Source: Raja brachyura (taxonomy: Eukaryota). From it: DNA of 64,000 nucleotides. Of the stretch, positions 62,066 through 64,000 are shown piece after piece. The DNA is taken from positions 2,356,001-2,420,000 of the forward strand of contig OY740814.1 in the NCBI GenBank assembly GCA_963514005.1, read 5' to 3'. The translations under genes and the position numbers were made by a program. Each line of letters begins with the position of its first letter. Position 1 is the stretch's first letter. The notes under the pieces were generated by a model. It saw nothing but the letters and a program-made list of their open reading frames with translations. It ran no database searches and was not told where the DNA came from.

Positions 62066-63634
62066 CTTAGGTTAGTGCCAGGTCCCCTTTTGTTCTTCCC
62101 CTCCCTCACGGCGGCCCCCCCAGGCCGGGTCCTCCTTTGTTCTTGCATGTACTCATGCTTTACCTCTCAGCACACAAACAAAAGTGTTTCACTGTGTCTG
62201 GGTCCACATGAGATTAATACACCCATCCCAACGTGTCAGGTTTCATATCACTTTTCTCAGGTTAGAAACCTGTTCATCAAAATGTAAAAATGACCTTCAC
62301 TGAAGAAGTTTAATGCCTCATCCCAAAGCTGACCCCTCCAAGAGTGTCGTCAATACACCTGTGATTCTCAGAATTAATCTATAGCCTGCTGACTCACCAT
62401 AGTAGAAATTCAAGTATTGATGTACCTGAGAATGTCAGCAAGCCTTTGGCATGGCACGACACGCATGTATATTCATGTGAGCATTCATGTATAATTTATA
62501 CACATATATTTATGTATAATTTACGTGTTGTGTGTTGTCTGAGTCTGCGAGCAGGACTTTGATTACACTGGTATCTCACCACACTCATGCAAATGTCATT
62601 AAGCTCGACTCGAATCGATATGACTTGGCCGTGGTTCACACAACACACCCAGTCACTGACTGCAACTTCCCTGGAAACTGTGTAAGAAAGAACTGCAGAT
62701 GCTAGTTTAAATCAAAGGTAGACACAAAATGCTGGAGTAACTCAGCGGGCGAGGCAGCATCTCTGGAGAGAAGGAATTGGTGATGTTTTGGGTCGAGATC
62801 CTTCTTCAGACTGGAAACTGCCTACAGTGGAACTAGACATGTTACAGTGCAGTATTATATCCCTGATTAACATTGGGCAACATTGCTGCCCCACCTCAAC
62901 AATTGCCTCCTTGTCAGGCAGCATCCATGGAGAACATGCATCAGTGACGTGTCAGGTTCTTCAGACTGATGTGGGGGGTTTGGGAAGGAAAAATGAAGGA
63001 AAGCTGGAAAAACTCTTCCACAATCTTCTCCCCCTCACCCCTCCGTACAAGCAGTCTACAGAAGGGTCTCGACACGAAACAACACCTATCCATGTTCTCC
63101 ATAGATGCTACCAAACGCATTGAGTTGATCCAGCACTTTGTGTCCTTACATGTACCAACCAACATTTGCAGCTCCTTGTTTCTACGTTTTGCCTACTTCT
63201 CCATTCCACTTGAGCTCATCTGTTCCTCAAATCTTCATCCATTGCTTTGTCCCATCAGGGTTTGGACCATTGCCTAGCGGCTGGAACATGGTGTAGCCAC
63301 CATGAACTTGAGATTGTACGAAACTCTACTGCCCAATGTCCAAACTAGCAGCAGGCCCCATTCACCCATCATCCAGAGCTTGCTGAACTACAGAATTAAT
63401 CTGCGTCTAGGGACAATTTACACATACACCAAGCCAACTGACCTACAAACCTGTACGTCTTTGGAGTGTGGGACACATGACAATGAACGAAAACTAAACT
63501 AAACTGCATGAGTTGAGGTCTGAGGAAGGGTCTCGACATGAAACGTCACCCATTCCTTCTCTCCAGAGATGGGGGGGGGGGGGGCAGGAAAAAGAAAAGA
63601 AGATCTTCAGGTCAATAGTTCCTTTATCAACATT

Positions 63635-63818
63635 GTGGCCAGTTCATTGGCTATATTTAAGAGTGAGTTAGATGTGGCTAAGGGGATCAGAGGATATGGA
63701 GAGAAGGCAGGTACAGGATACTGAGTTGGATGATCAGCCATGATCATATTGAATGGCGGTGCAGGCTCAAAGGGCCGAATGGCCTACTCTACTCCTGCAC
63801 CTAATTTCTATGTTTCTA
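63635..63818 (+). mobile_element. CR1/HER1 3' end
   Basis: TTTCTATG tail. Confidence 0.85.
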
Positions 63819-64000
63819 TCAGTACTTTTTCGCATATCTCTCATTCATTTGTTCTATATCTCTCTACGTCACTGTCGATATCTCTCATTTAATTTCCCAT
63901 TGATTGTCAGTCTGAAGAAGGGTCCCGACCCATTCCTTCTCTCCAGACCAGAGATGCTGCCTGTCCCTCTGTGTTACTCCAGCATTTTGTGTCAGCCTTC

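Overview
Repeat-dense, apparently non-coding vertebrate DNA (intergenic or a large intron). It is almost certainly from a cartilaginous fish, probably a skate/ray (inferred from the HE1-type V-SINE and HER1/CR1 repeats). No host protein-coding exon, tRNA or rRNA gene can be supported; every recognisable ORF is a retroelement remnant. Contents: about 40 HE1-type SINE copies or fragments, about 30 CR1/HER1 3' fragments, Rex1/Babar and other LINE ends, dozens of Penelope-like (PLE) pseudo-LTR fragments often in inverted pairs, Harbinger-type and hAT-type MITEs, micro/minisatellites, and repeat-free TAAT-rich islands resembling conserved enhancers. Main discoveries: (1) a ~125-135 nt TSD-flanked retroposon (2 copies, 61-183 and 16103-16235, minus strand) whose first 54 nt fold as a minimal CPEB3/HDV-like self-cleaving ribozyme instead of a Pol III promoter; (2) the PLE pseudo-LTRs carry a minimal type I hammerhead ribozyme core (CUGANGA...GAAAC-GUC), including a tandem-forming variant that could supply the missing stem III partner; (3) an inverted ~300 bp duplication 24 kb apart that looks like PLE-mediated 3' transduction. 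Repeat boundaries were read by eye and are approximate unless a TIR or TSD is cited.
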